DNA of 64,000 bases from Takakia lepidozioides. Taxonomy: Eukaryota > Plantae > Bryophyta. The notes below the pieces were generated by a model. It did not search any database, had not been told where the DNA came from, and saw only the letters and a list, made by a program, of their open reading frames with translations. Shown piece after piece: positions 25,501 through 38,891 of this stretch. The stretch lies in contig CM060732.1 of the NCBI GenBank assembly GCA_030704615.1, positions 5,270,001 through 5,334,000 on the forward strand, read 5' to 3'. Each line of letters starts with the position of its first letter. The first letter of the stretch is position 1. The translations under genes were made by a program, and so were the position numbers.

Positions 25501-26411
25501 ATGGCTTAGACTACTAGGTTCGTAACATAAACCTGCACCTGCATCCACTGCAAGCACTGGTCATCAATCCAGCCTCACCATAAGAGAAACAATGATGGTC
25601 TGACTGGTCATCACCCCAGCCTCACCACCGACAGCATGATCTAGGATTGGCCGGTGATCAAATCCGGACCAATCTCCTATGAAAACAAGCGCCCACACAA
25701 AACTGACATGGCGCACAGTCAAGCATGCAGATGTGGGGGGGATCCAAATACAAGAAAATCAAGACAATAACTCCCCCACACCCAAAAAAACACTCCACAG
25801 TGTCGCTCCTGCAATGACACCCCAGCCCAAACCCGGACTGACTCTTGCCTCCACCTACGGAAAGGTTTTGGCCTATATAGAGGGTGGAAGACAACGGGGA
25901 AGAGAGAGTAAAGCAATTCCTAATCCCAGAATGCTCTCATCCCACTAGTCTCTCCCTATCTCTAAACGCTCTTGCTCATGACCAACAGACATAACTACCT
26001 TCCAGGGTCTCTCAAATAACTCTCCAAGAGCCCTCAAGATGTCTTTCAAACAATCTCACTAAGGCCCCCAAAGCCTGCCAAATCTTGGCCAAGGACCCCA
26101 AAAAGTCCTTCAGACAAGTTGCCAAAGACTCCTTAAGCTCGCCAAATATGAGCCTCCATGAGCCTCTCCCACCTCCATAGCTCTAGGTATCGAGAGGGAG
26201 TGTGGTGAGGGCTTTGTAGGGTGGATTCCTTTAGCAAAGGTGCCCTTGGCTTGACTTAGTTTATGTGATTGAGTGGATTCATGAGTGGAGTGTTTCCATT
26301 GTGTGGTCACTTCCATTATCACTAATTGTGGTATAGCTTTCTAGGATTGTGTGCTTAGATTGTGTGGTGGACAGCGATGTATGTTGTGGCACAATGCTTA
26401 GGTGCACGACA
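22095..26411 (-). mobile_element. Ty3/gypsy family B, 5' half: terminal repeat, PBS, gag, protease, C5-DNA methyltransferase; truncated
   Basis: Terminal repeat 26411-26147 (TGTCGTGC...CTCATA); PBS TGGCGAGCTT at 26144-26135 (tRNA-Arg-like); gag Zn knuckles CWTCGGPQVKKDC and CGHCGKYRHGDAQC; protease RVLLDSGAQPLMLG...YDVLVG; DNMT motifs follow on the same strand. Confidence 0.85.
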
Positions 26412-26552
26412 CACTATATCATACATACCCCAATGACTAGCTCCACTCTCATCCACTGTGGTACCTTCAATATGGACCCCCACATACATTTTCATACCTA
26501 CTCTATGCATACACCTACTCAAAGGCCTCTCAAGCTTCACTTGGTTACCCAC

Positions 26553-29500
26553 TGTGTTGCGGCCCTTTGCCTTGAGGGCAGGGGGTCGGGACACATGAGG
26601 GACTGCCCCTGTGGCAGCGATAGGTATGGGGGACTGAAGCACCCTTGAGTGCCCAATGCACTCAAGGAAGCGGAGGCGCTCACTAGGTGGAGCCCCGCAC
26701 ACCGGGTTGCGGTGGGGGTGGTTCCACAAGGGGTGGTGGTAGCTTAGCGGGACGTAGGGGGGTGGCATAGGACTCACCATGGGGGCGGGGACCTCGTGGT
26801 GGGAGTCGTGGGGAGTCTTGGGACTCATCACGGTCCATAGGGGCCGTGGTGAGTGGGCCAAGACTCACCGCGACTCATCACCGGGAGTCGAGGGTTTTCG
26901 TGGTGGTTCGCCATAAAATGGCATGGCTGGTTGTGAAACCCCCGCGGACAGCTACAGAAGTATATATAGGGAGTAGTAACCCCAAGAACGGTGCAAGCCC
27001 GTTGGTGACCAAAAACTAGTGAGTAAGCGAGCGAGCCGGAAAGCGACCAAAGAGTGGGGAGCTGTTCCGGACTGCCAACTACCAAAGGGAATTCCGTTGG
27101 TTCCAAATCGGTGGAGGGTTTTGGGAGAACAAAGGGGGACCGTTATGCCCTGGTGAGTAACCGAAGCTCCAAGTTGGCCCGGCGGCCAGGTTGGGAGTCA
27201 TGCGCGCGCATCAAAGCGAGTAACTATGACTTGAGGGGGAGCTTACCGAAGTGAGGTGCGTGACACTTGGTATCAGAGCTTAGAGTTCAGTACGCGATCG
27301 TCCTTGGGATTGGCCTCATCATGGGGTCGGGCAAGCCGAAGCAAAAGCGGAACGGCCCAAAAGATGATGATCCTGGTGAACCCGATGGGGGCGACGTGTC
27401 ACCGAGGCGGCCGTTTGAGGAAGCGATGCATGTTTTCGAAAACGAGGCCGCTCAAGAGCGGGAGGAATCCGAGGAGTCGAAGCCCGAGGAATCCTTGAGA
27501 GCTCCGACAAACCAAGAGATGCCTCCCATGCCGGCAGCCTTTTGGGAAGGGTTGTTGGCGCAGTTTGGCGGGACGTTGAAAGACGTGTTGAAGGCGGCTA
27601 ATGCCACTTCCACTAAGGCAAAGTTTAAGGTGAAGCCTAAGGAACCCGGCACCTTCGAGGGCGTCCAAAATCGGAAGGCACTCAACACCTGGCTCCTGGA
27701 GCTAGAGCAGTACTTCCGGGCGGCCAAGTTGAGTGACGAGGATCGGGTGGAAGTGGCTCCCACCTATTTGAGGGGCTATGCTCAACAATGGTGGCAGAAA
27801 CGCCTTCACGACCGAGGTCCAAGCCCGGAAACCTTTAACTGGAGTGGGTTCAAGGAATTGATGAAGAAACAGTTTGTGCCCCTCAATGCGTCCTGGCTTG
27901 CCCGGGACAAGATGAGGAATTTGAAGCAAACAAACGACATTCGGGGATATGTCCAGGCCTTCAATGTGCTTTTGCTCGAAGTTGCGGACATGGCAGAACC
28001 GGAAATGGTCTTCAACTTTGTGGCGGGACTGGCCCCATGGGCCAGGCGGAAGTTGGAGGAGAAGCCACCTAAGACTTTGAACGAGGCAATTGAGAGGGCT
28101 GAATGTTTCTCAGATGTCCCTAGGGGTGAAAGACAAGGCCGTACGGAGCTGAACCACAAGAAGACCCGGCGGGAAGGTGACTCCTTCCGACCGGAAAAGA
28201 AGTGGGATAGGCCACGCGGCGACAATGGCACGTGGAAATCGAAGGGAGGGCCTTCACACGTCAAGGCGGCACCCGGTGCTTCGAAAGGAAAAGCGGGTGG
28301 AGCGGCTTATGGCGGACAGAAGGCGACCTTTGATGGAGTGTGTTTCAATTGCGGAGAGCCCGGGCACATGGCCAAGAAGTGCACAAAGCCCCGACAATTG
28401 AACATGACTCGGGCAACCACGGAGCTGTCGGAAGATACCATCAGTCGCCTGGTGGAAGCGGTGGTCGCCAGGACTTGCAAGGTAGGCAAATATTCTTGTG
28501 AGTTATATCAGGAAATTGGCGCATTGCGTAAAGGGAGTCACTTATTGTTCATGGATGGGATAATATCCGGAACTAACGTGTCATTGTTGGTGGACACAGG
28601 AGCGTCGCACTCCTTCATGACACCGGCAACGGCACAAAAGCTGGGACTTCCGACAACTGACGTAGGGGCCTCTATTGAGGTGCGTTCTGCCAAAGGAGAA
28701 CCGCAATGGCGACGAGGTTGCGTTCGATGTTCCTCTTCAACTGGGGAGTTGGGAGGGACGTGAGAACTTCACCGTCTGCGAGATCGATGGAGTGGATCTC
28801 ATTTTGGGGATGACCTTTTTGAGCAGATCCGGAGCGGTCATAGATGGCCGCAAGAGGGTAGTCACGCTGCCATGTTGGAATGGTGGCGAGGTCTTACGAG
28901 TTTCGGAAACGCCCAAACTCGTGGGAGGGCGAATAAACCTTCTGTCAGCAAGGGAGTGGGCCGTGGAGGAGGCACACGAGCCCCAGTTTTTGCTACATTA
29001 GAGAAGTGAAGGGAGAAGGCGATGGAGAGCCGAGCCCAGATTGGATCAAGGGGATTTTGGAGAAATACCATGATGTGATGCGGAGGATTTGCCAAGCGGC
29101 TTGCCACCGCGAAGAGGAGTTGACCACAAGATTGAGGTGATACCGGGATCGGAACCGCCTGCCAAGGCGCCCTACCGGTTGAGCCACAGGGAGTTGGTCG
29201 AGCTGAAGACTCAGCTCAAGGATCTAATGTCAAAGGGGTACATCCGGCCGAGTAAGTCACCTTACGGAGCCCCGGTGCTATTTGCAGACAAGAAGGATGG
29301 GACGCTGCGGATGTGTGTCGATTACAGGGCTCTGAATAAAGTGACTATCAAAAACCGGTACCCTTTGCCAAGGATCGACGACCTCTTTGATCGGTTGGCA
29401 CGAGCGAAGTATTTCAGCCGGATCGACTTGCGCTCCGGCTATCATCAAATTCGGGTGACGGAAGGAGATGAGGAGAAGACCGCGTGCAGGACAAGGTATG

Positions 29501-31904
29501 GTTCATATGAGTTCTTGGTGATGCCTTTTGGGCTCACCAATGCACCAACGACATTTAGCACGCTGATGAACAGCCTTTTCCAGGAGTGGTTGGATGACTT
29601 TGTGATCGTGTACATCGACGACATCTTGGTGTACTCGAAAACAAAGGGAAGAGCACCTGGAGCACCTGAAAAGGGTGTTCCAAAAATTGCGAGAAGGGAA
29701 GCTGTATGCCAAAGCTTCAAAGTGCAAATTCGGGGTCACAAAAGTGGAGTTCCTGGGGCATGTGATTACACAAGATGGGATCAAAATGGATGACAGAAAG
29801 GTGAGGGCGATCTTGGACTGGGAGCCTCCGACTTCGGTCCCGGGAGTGCGATCCTTCCTAGGACTCGCCTCCTATTACCGGAAGTATGTGAGAAATTTCG
29901 TCAAAATCGCGGGGCCGCTGTCAGACCTTCTGTGTAAATCTAAAGTCTGGGCATGGAACACCTTTTGTGGCCAAGCTTTTGCTGAATTGAAGCAGCGGAT
30001 GGCGGAAGCCCAGTCTTGAAAATCCCGGAGTTTGATCGTCCATTTGAGATTCATACAGATGCGTCGGACTTCGCAATTGGGGGTGTACTTATGCAAGATG
30101 GACGTCCAGTGGCTTACGAAAGTAAGAAACTGAATGAAGTGGAGCGACGGTGGCCGACGCACGAAAAAGAGATGAAGGCGGTGGTGCATTGCCTTGAGCT
30201 TTGGCGCCACTATGTTGGTTCCAACCCAGTGAAGGTGTTCACAGACAATGTCACGGTGAAGTATTTTGCCACGCAGCCCAAGTTGTCCCCAAAACAACTT
30301 AGGTGGCAAGATACTTTGGCGGTGTTCGACGTGGATATCCAGTACAAACCGGGGGCGAGACAACGTGGTGGCCGATGCTTTAAGTAGAAAGCAGCAGCTC
30401 TTGTTGGTGTACAAGGGCGAGACGGCGCTCCAAAGGAAGATCCGGAAGGCTTGCCGGAAGGATGAGCTGGCGAAGTCCGTGATGCAGGACTTGAGGATGG
30501 GGGTTAAATCGCAGTTCCACTTGCAAAATGGACTGCTCCGGTATAAGCAAAAGCATCTCTACGTGCCGAAGGGAGGGATCAGAGATAGCCTCTTGAGAGA
30601 ATGCCATGATAGCCCGTTTGCGGGCCACGGCGGAGCCAATTGCACTGCGGCACTCTTGAAGAAAGAGCCCAAACTGAGGGAGGAGGCAGAGGAGTATGTC
30701 AAGACATGCACCACATGCCAACAAAACCGGAGCGAGTACAAAAAGCAAGCGGGGCTGTTACAACCCTTGCCGATTCCGGAGGGGACTTGGGGAAACGTCT
30801 CAATGGATTTCATGACTGCTATGCCGCTGTCAAAAGGATTCGATGCAATCATGGTGGTGGTGGATAGGTTCAGTAAAATGGGCCATTTCATCCCCACCAA
30901 AGAGACGGCAACGGCGCAGGAGACAGGGCGACTTTACTTCGCCCACGTCTTAAAGCATCATGGAGTCCCGAAGGATATTGTCTCGGACCGCGATCCAAAG
31001 TTTACGAGTAAATTTTGGAGGGCACTTTGGAAGAAGATGGGGACGAGGCTGAAGATGAGCACCGCCTTCCGACCTACGACCGACAGCCAAACAAAAAGAG
31101 TGAATTCCGTAGTGAAGCAGATTTTGCGGAATTACATGTCGGCAGACCAAACAGACTGGGTGGAACACTTAGAGACGCAGAGTTCTGTTATAATAACATA
31201 GAATACTCCGCAACGGGAGTTTCCCTTTTCGTATTGGTCTATGGAAAAACACCTCTAGTGCCGACAAGTTGGGCCGCCCAGGACGTTGAGGAACCGACAG
31301 TAGCGGGGTACTGGAAGAACGCGAGCGTTTGTTGAAGCTCGCAAAGTACAACATTGCCAAAGCTAGGAAACGGTATGAAAGGCAGGCGAATCGGAAGCGG
31401 AGGGAAGTGAAGTTTGAGGCAGGCACGAAGGTCTGGTTGAACATCAAGAATTTCCGACTACCTCCGGAAGTGAGTCCAAAGTTCGTACCTCCGTATGCGG
31501 GACCCTTTCGCATTCGGAAGGTTATGAATGAGGATGTGTATGAATTGGAGCTGCCAGCAAACAGCAAGGTGCACCCAGTATTCCATGTCTCCCTTTTGAA
31601 GCCTTACTTCAAAGATGAAGCGCGTCCGAATCGGCATCAAGTGTTGCGTCCGCCACCTATGCTGTTGGATCATGAAAATGAACCTGAGTACGAGGTGGAG
31701 GCAATACTTAAGTCGAGGAGGTTCAAGAACCGAGAAACGGAGTATCTCGTCAAATGGAAGGGCTATCATCATGTGGAGGCATCTTGGGTGCGTGCCTCAG
31801 AAATGGGAAACGCATCTGAGGCAGTTGCAGCTTTTGAAGGGCGACCTCAAAAGCGGAAGAAGCGTTGATGGGGACATCAACCTTGGAGCGTGGGGGAGGA
31901 AATG
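26553..31904 (+). mobile_element. Chromovirus-type Ty3/gypsy element (gag-PR-RT-RH-INT-chromodomain), frameshifted; 3' LTR not found
   Basis: 5' LTR ending TGACA at 27265 (start approximate), PBS TGGTATCAGAGC at 27268, [55 protein letters not shown], chromodomain EYEVEAIL...YLVKWKGY...SW, PPT GGGGGAGGAAA at 31892-31902. Confidence 0.95.
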
Positions 31905-32929
31905 CATGCTTAGCCCGGCTTAGCTAGCTTAGTAATCCGATTGCAAAAACTTGTATTGTACAAAACGTGCTATAAATGAAATGGCTTCCAAATGTTGTGC
32001 GTCCTATTTTGTTTGGAATGGTGATGCATGGTATGGTTGGCTAGTGTGTAGAATGCATGCTAGCTTACATGGTAGATACTCCCAAAAACCCCTTGCATCC
32101 AAACATTCCACTCATCACCCGCCATCATATCACAAATCATACACACTAAGCTGCACATACCTTATGCTTTTACGATGTGGCGACACATTCACCCTAACCC
32201 CGGCCCCCCACCATTACCAGCATTATTAATAACCTCCCCAATGACTCACAGGAAAGATATGCATTATACTTCCAGATAAACACTGTCTCACTCGTACCTG
32301 CCTATCCACACCTATATGACCACTTCTCCCCCGTTTTTCTCACCTCATCCAACAACAACCGCAAACCCACACAACCAATTGCCACCTTTGGGCTCACCAC
32401 TTGCCAACACCCGTTACTTGTCACTGCCATCCATCAACTTAACATATACCCAAAACAACACCTCCTCTTTTCACTAATCGTCGCCATCTCCCCCATCCCC
32501 TCAATATGTAACGATTACTTTAGAACCCAGCCAGCCACACACATACACTCCCTCCTCCAACAACTAAGTACATTACCCAAACAACCACATAATTATCTAG
32601 CACCCCCACACTACTTACACAACCTCCATGAATCCCTCCACCTCCTCCAAACCAAGCTCGGAGAAGTTCATAAAATATTGGGTGAACACTTAGCATACCC
32701 AACCACAACCCCACACGACCCGGATAACACCACCAACAAATTCCCATTCCTCTCTACCAATATTCTCACTGCTACCCTCCAAGCTAAATCCGACATCCCA
32801 GGCTATCAACCCCCGCCCATAGTATCACCATCCATCCCCCAAACCCCCACCCACAACCCCACCAGACCCCAACCACCTGGGCCTCCCATATCTCCCAACT
32901 CCGCACACACCACCCCCTCCTCACATGGC

Positions 32930-35900
32930 CACTCACTACTCATCACAACATGGAATGTCGGCTCCCTAGCCACCAGCATTCAAGCCTAATCCATCTCCTA
33001 GCAAGCTCAATACCCCTGCATATCATTCTATTACAAGAAACCAAACTCAACACAAATAACCCCAATAGCTCATATATCAATAAACTTTTTCCATCATACT
33101 ACATGCTCTACGGCAACCCCCTCTCCGCTGCACAATGCCTAGTCAGACGCTCCGCGCCATACCACCCCACCCGGGGTGGGGTGGCGCTCGGTATCCTCCG
33201 TACACATCATTCCCCTAGCACCACGGTTAAAATACCAGTCGATCTCCCTCTTCGTTCACACCTCCAAATCATCGAGCTACACCTTCCATCACTCCCCCCC
33301 CCATTACCCTCATACATCTATACATGCCCTCACACACAGACGATCTCTCTCTGATACCTGATATTCTATGCACAATCTCAAACACACTCACCCAACCCTC
33401 AACTCATCCCCAACACTACATTCTAGCAGGAGATTTCAACAGAGACATTGCCCTCCTGGGCCACACATATAATGGCATACAGAAAGCCCCATCCTCATTG
33501 GATCAAGAATGGGCAAACTTCACCACAACCCACCGCCTCCGTTATATTCCCGCGGATCACCACTACTCTAGACAAGCTGGACTCAACTACTCATCCCTAA
33601 GCCTTTTAGACGGCTTCTACCTTAAAACATAAGACGAGATCCCCCCTTACCTCAGAAGCCACATCACATCAACAGCTTATGCAATTTCGATCACTACCCT
33701 GTCTCCGTGACCTTCCCCCCATCCCTCATCCCCTTCAGACCAATACCGACCATACACACCTACCACCTCAATCCAGAATCCTATCCCCATCCCCCCAATG
33801 TAACATAACCGCCTTCCAAAAACATCTACACCCAACAACCTCACATCTCATACTACAACTCTCTGACATTCTCTCTGATACAAACCTCATGCAATCCCCT
33901 GACCAAACATGGCAAGAATCCGAGACCACACTCAGATCTCTATAATGCAAAACATATCCAAAAGTGTCGTCGCCACATGCTCAGCCCCTCCTGAACTCCC
34001 GCAAACTGTAAGCTCAAAACAAAATGACGACTACCTCACACTTTCACAAAAACGCTCATGAACATCACATCTCAACACATATCACACGATCAGACGTGCC
34101 CTCACAATTATACCTACTACTACCACAATACACCCATGGAATAACTGGCAAACTGACCCCCGCATTACCTGCTTAAATACCCTAACAACATGCCAAACCC
34201 TTATGCCCCCACCGGATAATCCCACTAATATTCCTACCTGGATAGCTGCTCTCTCTAAAATTGGGAGGGACGCCAAGAAAGCCGCTTATAACATCACCAA
34301 ACAAAAGGCATCGGCCGATCACAAAAAAATTGTCTCCTCCTTCAACCAGCTGCTACATGACCACCCCAAAAAAGCTCACAAAGCCATCTTTAACCCTGCC
34401 CTCAACCCGCCCATAGATTGCCTCAAACATCGTCTTGGTCACCTGTTAACCGACCCAATAGATATAAACCAAGAAATATGGACTCAAGCATCTTTAACCT
34501 ATACACCCACGGTTACCAACTGCCTATACCCTACCCTGCATAATGTCAAATGCATGTGCAGGGCCAAACACTATCCATGGCATGATTTAGATGGCTTCTC
34601 TCTGGACAATAGAGGCTCCCCCTCAAACTGTATACTTGACCTATTCACAATTGACCTATATGAAATCTGCCTCAAGAACCTATCTAAATCTAAAGCCCCC
34701 GGACCTGATCTTATACCGAATGACATCCTTCAAGCACTTGACCCTCAACTCCATCATCTCCTCTTTAAATTCTTTCATTTATGCTACCGGCTACAACGGA
34801 TCCCACACTCCTAAAAGCATAGTCGTACCATCCTATTTTTCAAAAAATGTGACCCTACGGATCTCAGCATTTACCGACCCATAGCATTGGCCAATACCAT
34901 ATATAAGCTATTCACCAGCACGCTTACCACAATGCTTTCAAGCTACGGTGAACAGCACCGCATGGATCCCCAGTGACCCTCAAGAAGGGTTCCGAGCCAC
35001 ACGAAGTACAACTCGGCAAATTCAATATGTCATCTCTGCCCTTGAGGACGCTAAGATATATATCTCATATACATCGACTTTAAGAACGCCTTCGGCTCTT
35101 TGGACCACGCTCGGTTACTTGCCATCATGCTCGATCTCGGGTACCCCACTGACGCCGTCCAATTTATAGGCAACATCTACACAAGAACGAGTACTGATAT
35201 GTGTAGGGATTATGAATGCACGGTGCGGCGGTTGGGAGGTCCGGGTGTGGCACCCCAGAACTGTGCATAGCTTCTGTAAATAGAGTTCAGCAGAACCAGA
35301 ATCGGTGATACCATCTGGGTGTACAAAGAATTGTAAAGGTGTGAATGGACTTCTACTGAGCCAGTCATACTGGTGTAGATCTGAACTGGACTTACTCTGC
35401 CCCAAGCCTTCAAGGTTACTTCCTTCCAGCTCCAGTTTGTGCGCGCTCACTATCACTGCTCGGTACTCGTCAGCTTCTTAGCTGAGACTGTGCGCAGTGG
35501 CTAGTACGCCGTCGTAGAGGAGACCAGGGTGTACGAGCATCCAAGGGATGGCGCCGCCGTGCCCAAATCAAACTGAAAATCTAAATGGCAGTACCATATT
35601 CACAGGAAACTAGTCTCCCTTAGTCCAACTGAATATTATGGTGCATACTATGGTTCCACTTCACCTATTCCAATTCTAAGAGGTACCATTCAAGGAGACA
35701 CCTTGAGCCCCCACCTATTTATTATCTTCCTCGAACCCCTACTCTGATGGCTCGACTGTGGTAAACTCGGATATCAATACAAAACTTCCTTGAGCAACAT
35801 CTCTGCTGCAGCATATGCAGACGATCTCGCCATTCTCGCACACAAACCACAACACCTCAATCGACAAGTCACCAAACTATATTGCTTCAACCAGTGGTCA

Positions 35901-36900
35901 GGCATGGAACTCAGCCTACATAAGTGCGCTATCACAGCAGCAACACATCATAGCCGGCTCACTAAAGCTGCCATCGCCTCACATTGTAAACTCTACATAC
36001 ACTACCAAAACAAACCCTTCCCCTTCTTGGGACCCGACGAGCCATACACTTATCTCGGTATCCAACTAGTACCCTCTTTCACCTGCATATCCAGAAGGAA
36101 GCCACATCATCCAAGCTCACCAATAAAAACTTGGCCTTACTCAAATCCCCAATCACCATCCGTCCAAAATTATCCATCATTCAATCGGTTTTACAAACCC
36201 AAATCCAATACTTGTTCCACGCTGCACCCTTCTCCATGCCAGACATCAAAAAACTTGACAAAAGCATTATTCGCCTCACAAAACGTGTATGCGGCTTACC
36301 CATGAGCCCTAACCCAACTCCCAACCGACAATTACGGAATTGGCTCTAGCCCCTTAATCATTTCATATGCCCGGACGCTAGGCACACAATTAAAAGAAGC
36401 CCTTAATGACCCCGGACGATTAGGCCTCATCTACAAGGGACTCCTCAAATTCCTGGCCTTAAAATACAACGGCCTCTATTCATTATCATCATTACACCCT
36501 CAGGCTTGTCTCCATTCCCCCACTACACGCACACTACTAAATCAGCATACAAGCTGACCTGCCAGATTACCCTAACACATCTTCACCTTTGGAATGTGCC
36601 TGGCTCACCAGCCCATTTTTATCGCAATTCAAACTCTCCCACCCTAAACAAAAAATACCCATCCTTACGTATTTCAAAGAGCGCCACATTACCACCCTTA
36701 CCCAACTCACCACCGCCACGGGACGGAGGCTTCTGAAACCTAATGAATTTACTCTTAAATACTCATGAGCTACGACCAAAACCAGCCGATACCTACATTA
36801 TCTCCGCACCCTCTTTTGCCACCCAACAACAGCATGTACCCTCGAATGTGATTACCCTTGCATCCTCAAAATTCATCCCTCCATTTTCTGTTCATCCACC
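32930..36900 (+). mobile_element. Decayed LINE with APE endonuclease and RT (RTEX/L1-like)
   Basis: TWNVGSL, LLQETKL, AGDFN (APE); KAPGPDLIP, RPIALANTIYKLF, QEGFR, IDFKNAF, GTIQGDTLSP, AYADDL, YTYLGI (RT). Many stops and frameshifts; C/A-rich strand. Confidence 0.9.
35198..35627. mobile_element. Solo-LTR-like 430-bp insertion in the LINE RT
   Basis: 5-bp TSD ACTGA at 35193-35197 and 35628-35632; ends in CA. Removing it restores the RT reading IGNIYTRTSTEYYGAYYG. Confidence 0.8.
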
Positions 36901-37029
36901 TTCCATCCCTAGATTTGTCATCCATCTCCTGATTTTCATCAATGGGTACATGACCAACTTAAGTTGGTACATGAAATTGGATACATGATTTGTTTAAATT
37001 CACATGAATGATGATCCTCATCCATGGAC

Positions 37030-37500
37030 ATTCATCTGGTTGGAGAGATTGATCGCCACCCTTGATCGGCTAACATCCAACGGTCCATATTTATCCTTGT
37101 GCTCCAGTTAAATTCCACTTCCGTGCTATGTTGAGTTCGGAGAGAGGCTCCCATGCTTGAAGTAGTGAGTTGTAGCGTTGTCTTTAGAGTCGTCTGCTGG
37201 TGAGATCCACCAACAATATAGGCATATTTGCCTGCATTTGCTGATCCAAAAAAACATCGATCCTGAATCATCCTTGGCGCTGAAGACTATTCGTTGATTT
37301 CTAGATCATACCTCTAATATACCATGTAGCCTTTAGAACACTGTCCACAAACCAAAAGCTGCATTCCTGTAACTGCCGACTCCTTGTCAGAAACTTCAAA
37401 GGTATAATCCACAGGGTAGTTTGGCAGATATCGCCACCGCGTACTTAACGGAACCAACCGCCTGCCACTTTTGCGTACAGGTCTATGGGAAACTGGGCAT
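37030..37500 (-). pseudogene. F-box/kelch (SKIP11-like) gene fragment
   Basis: RWRYLPNYP...FEVSDKESAVTGMQLLVCG and MIQDRCFFGSANAGKYAYIVGG kelch motifs; frameshifted. Confidence 0.7.
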
Positions 37501-38037
37501 TGCGCGCAGGCCCAACTAGCATGTATAACCGTTCTTCCTTGATCTCCACCCATTTTCGAGTTTCAAGGACGTCGTTGCGGCCTTCGTCATCAATCACCCT
37601 TCACATTCCCCTAGTTTGGGATTGCTAGAGTGTTGAGCCTTGCTGTTGAAGCCATAAATTAGCGGGGACAAATATCCAAATGAATCAGGTCACTACTCTG
37701 CTAATTGATGTGAAGACCGTTGCCATGACATGACAGCAACAATGCCCAAATATTAAACTTATTTTCATGTGTACACTCCTTCCCTCACAGACAATCACAC
37801 TTCAACAGTGTCCATTTCAAGAACAAGTAGCTTTGAACTATGTAGCTATAAGCACAACAGTTCAGATCCAGCTTTGGTCCAGCTTTGACTGTGGATGATA
37901 TAGTCGGTGGCGACCATAACACCCAACATCGTCGTACGGACTTGCCAATTATGAAGGTAGTGCTATAGTCGGTGACGACTACAAGAACTCACCTGCATGC
38001 CATAGTCATAGGCGTTCCACCTCCTATTTCCGTGGAG

Positions 38038-38891
38038 TGTTACCAAGATGCATTAAGTCGGCAATTTTGGTTGCCGACCTCCACCTTCGATTAGGTTTGG
38101 TGTAGGTTCGGGCGAGGGTCGGGAAACTCTGCTCATGCTCATGCACTCACCGCTCATGCTCATGGATTTGCAACCCCCGAGATGAGTTTGGCGGATGGAT
38201 GAATTTTCAGGGATGAAAAAAGATTTTATGATAAATGAAATTGGAAGTTTCCAGGTTTGCTTGGCCAACAAGTTTTCCATTAAACTTAATGATTATTTTC
38301 TAATCTTCTTATTGGCCCAAAAGAAGTATAAATGAGGCTCCGAGAAGTGGGAGGAAGCCAATATCAATCGAGCGCCCAGTTCCAGAGATCGACGAGCAGA
38401 TTCAGTGAGCGAGCACAATGTAGAGAGCACGATGTACAGAGCATAAGTTAGGGGTCAGAAACTAGTATGTAGACTGAGTGAGTGTGAAGGCGATTGTGGA
38501 GTGCTCTTAGGCAAGTAGAGACTAGAAGCAGATCGAGTCAGAGAGCATGAAGTTGGAACTGATGTAGTCATAAGGGCGCACAAAACGATGGTGGAGAGAG
38601 AAGAGACATTGTACAGATAGTAAGGCCGAGAGGGTGCGGTCGCTCGAAGTTACTTGTAACTATTTTATTTCAGATTTGCGTTCGTATCTAGTTTGTTTTC
38701 CCGCTTTACGATGGTGGAGAGAGAAGAGACATTGTACAGATAGTAAGGCCGAGAGGGTGCGGTCGCTCGAAATTACTTGTAACTATTTTGTTTCAGATTT
38801 GCGTTTACAACTAGTTTGTTTTCCCGCTTTGTGATTGAGTATGAAGTTATGAATTGATCTGATCAACCCTATCAGATTCTCAAGTGTAACG
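38038..38891 (+). repeat. Possible LTR-like sequence containing a 123-bp tandem duplication (38585-38707 / 38708-38830)
   Basis: TGTTAC...GTAACG ends and TATAAAT near 38327. The tandem duplication is clear, but there is no matching TSD. Confidence 0.4.
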
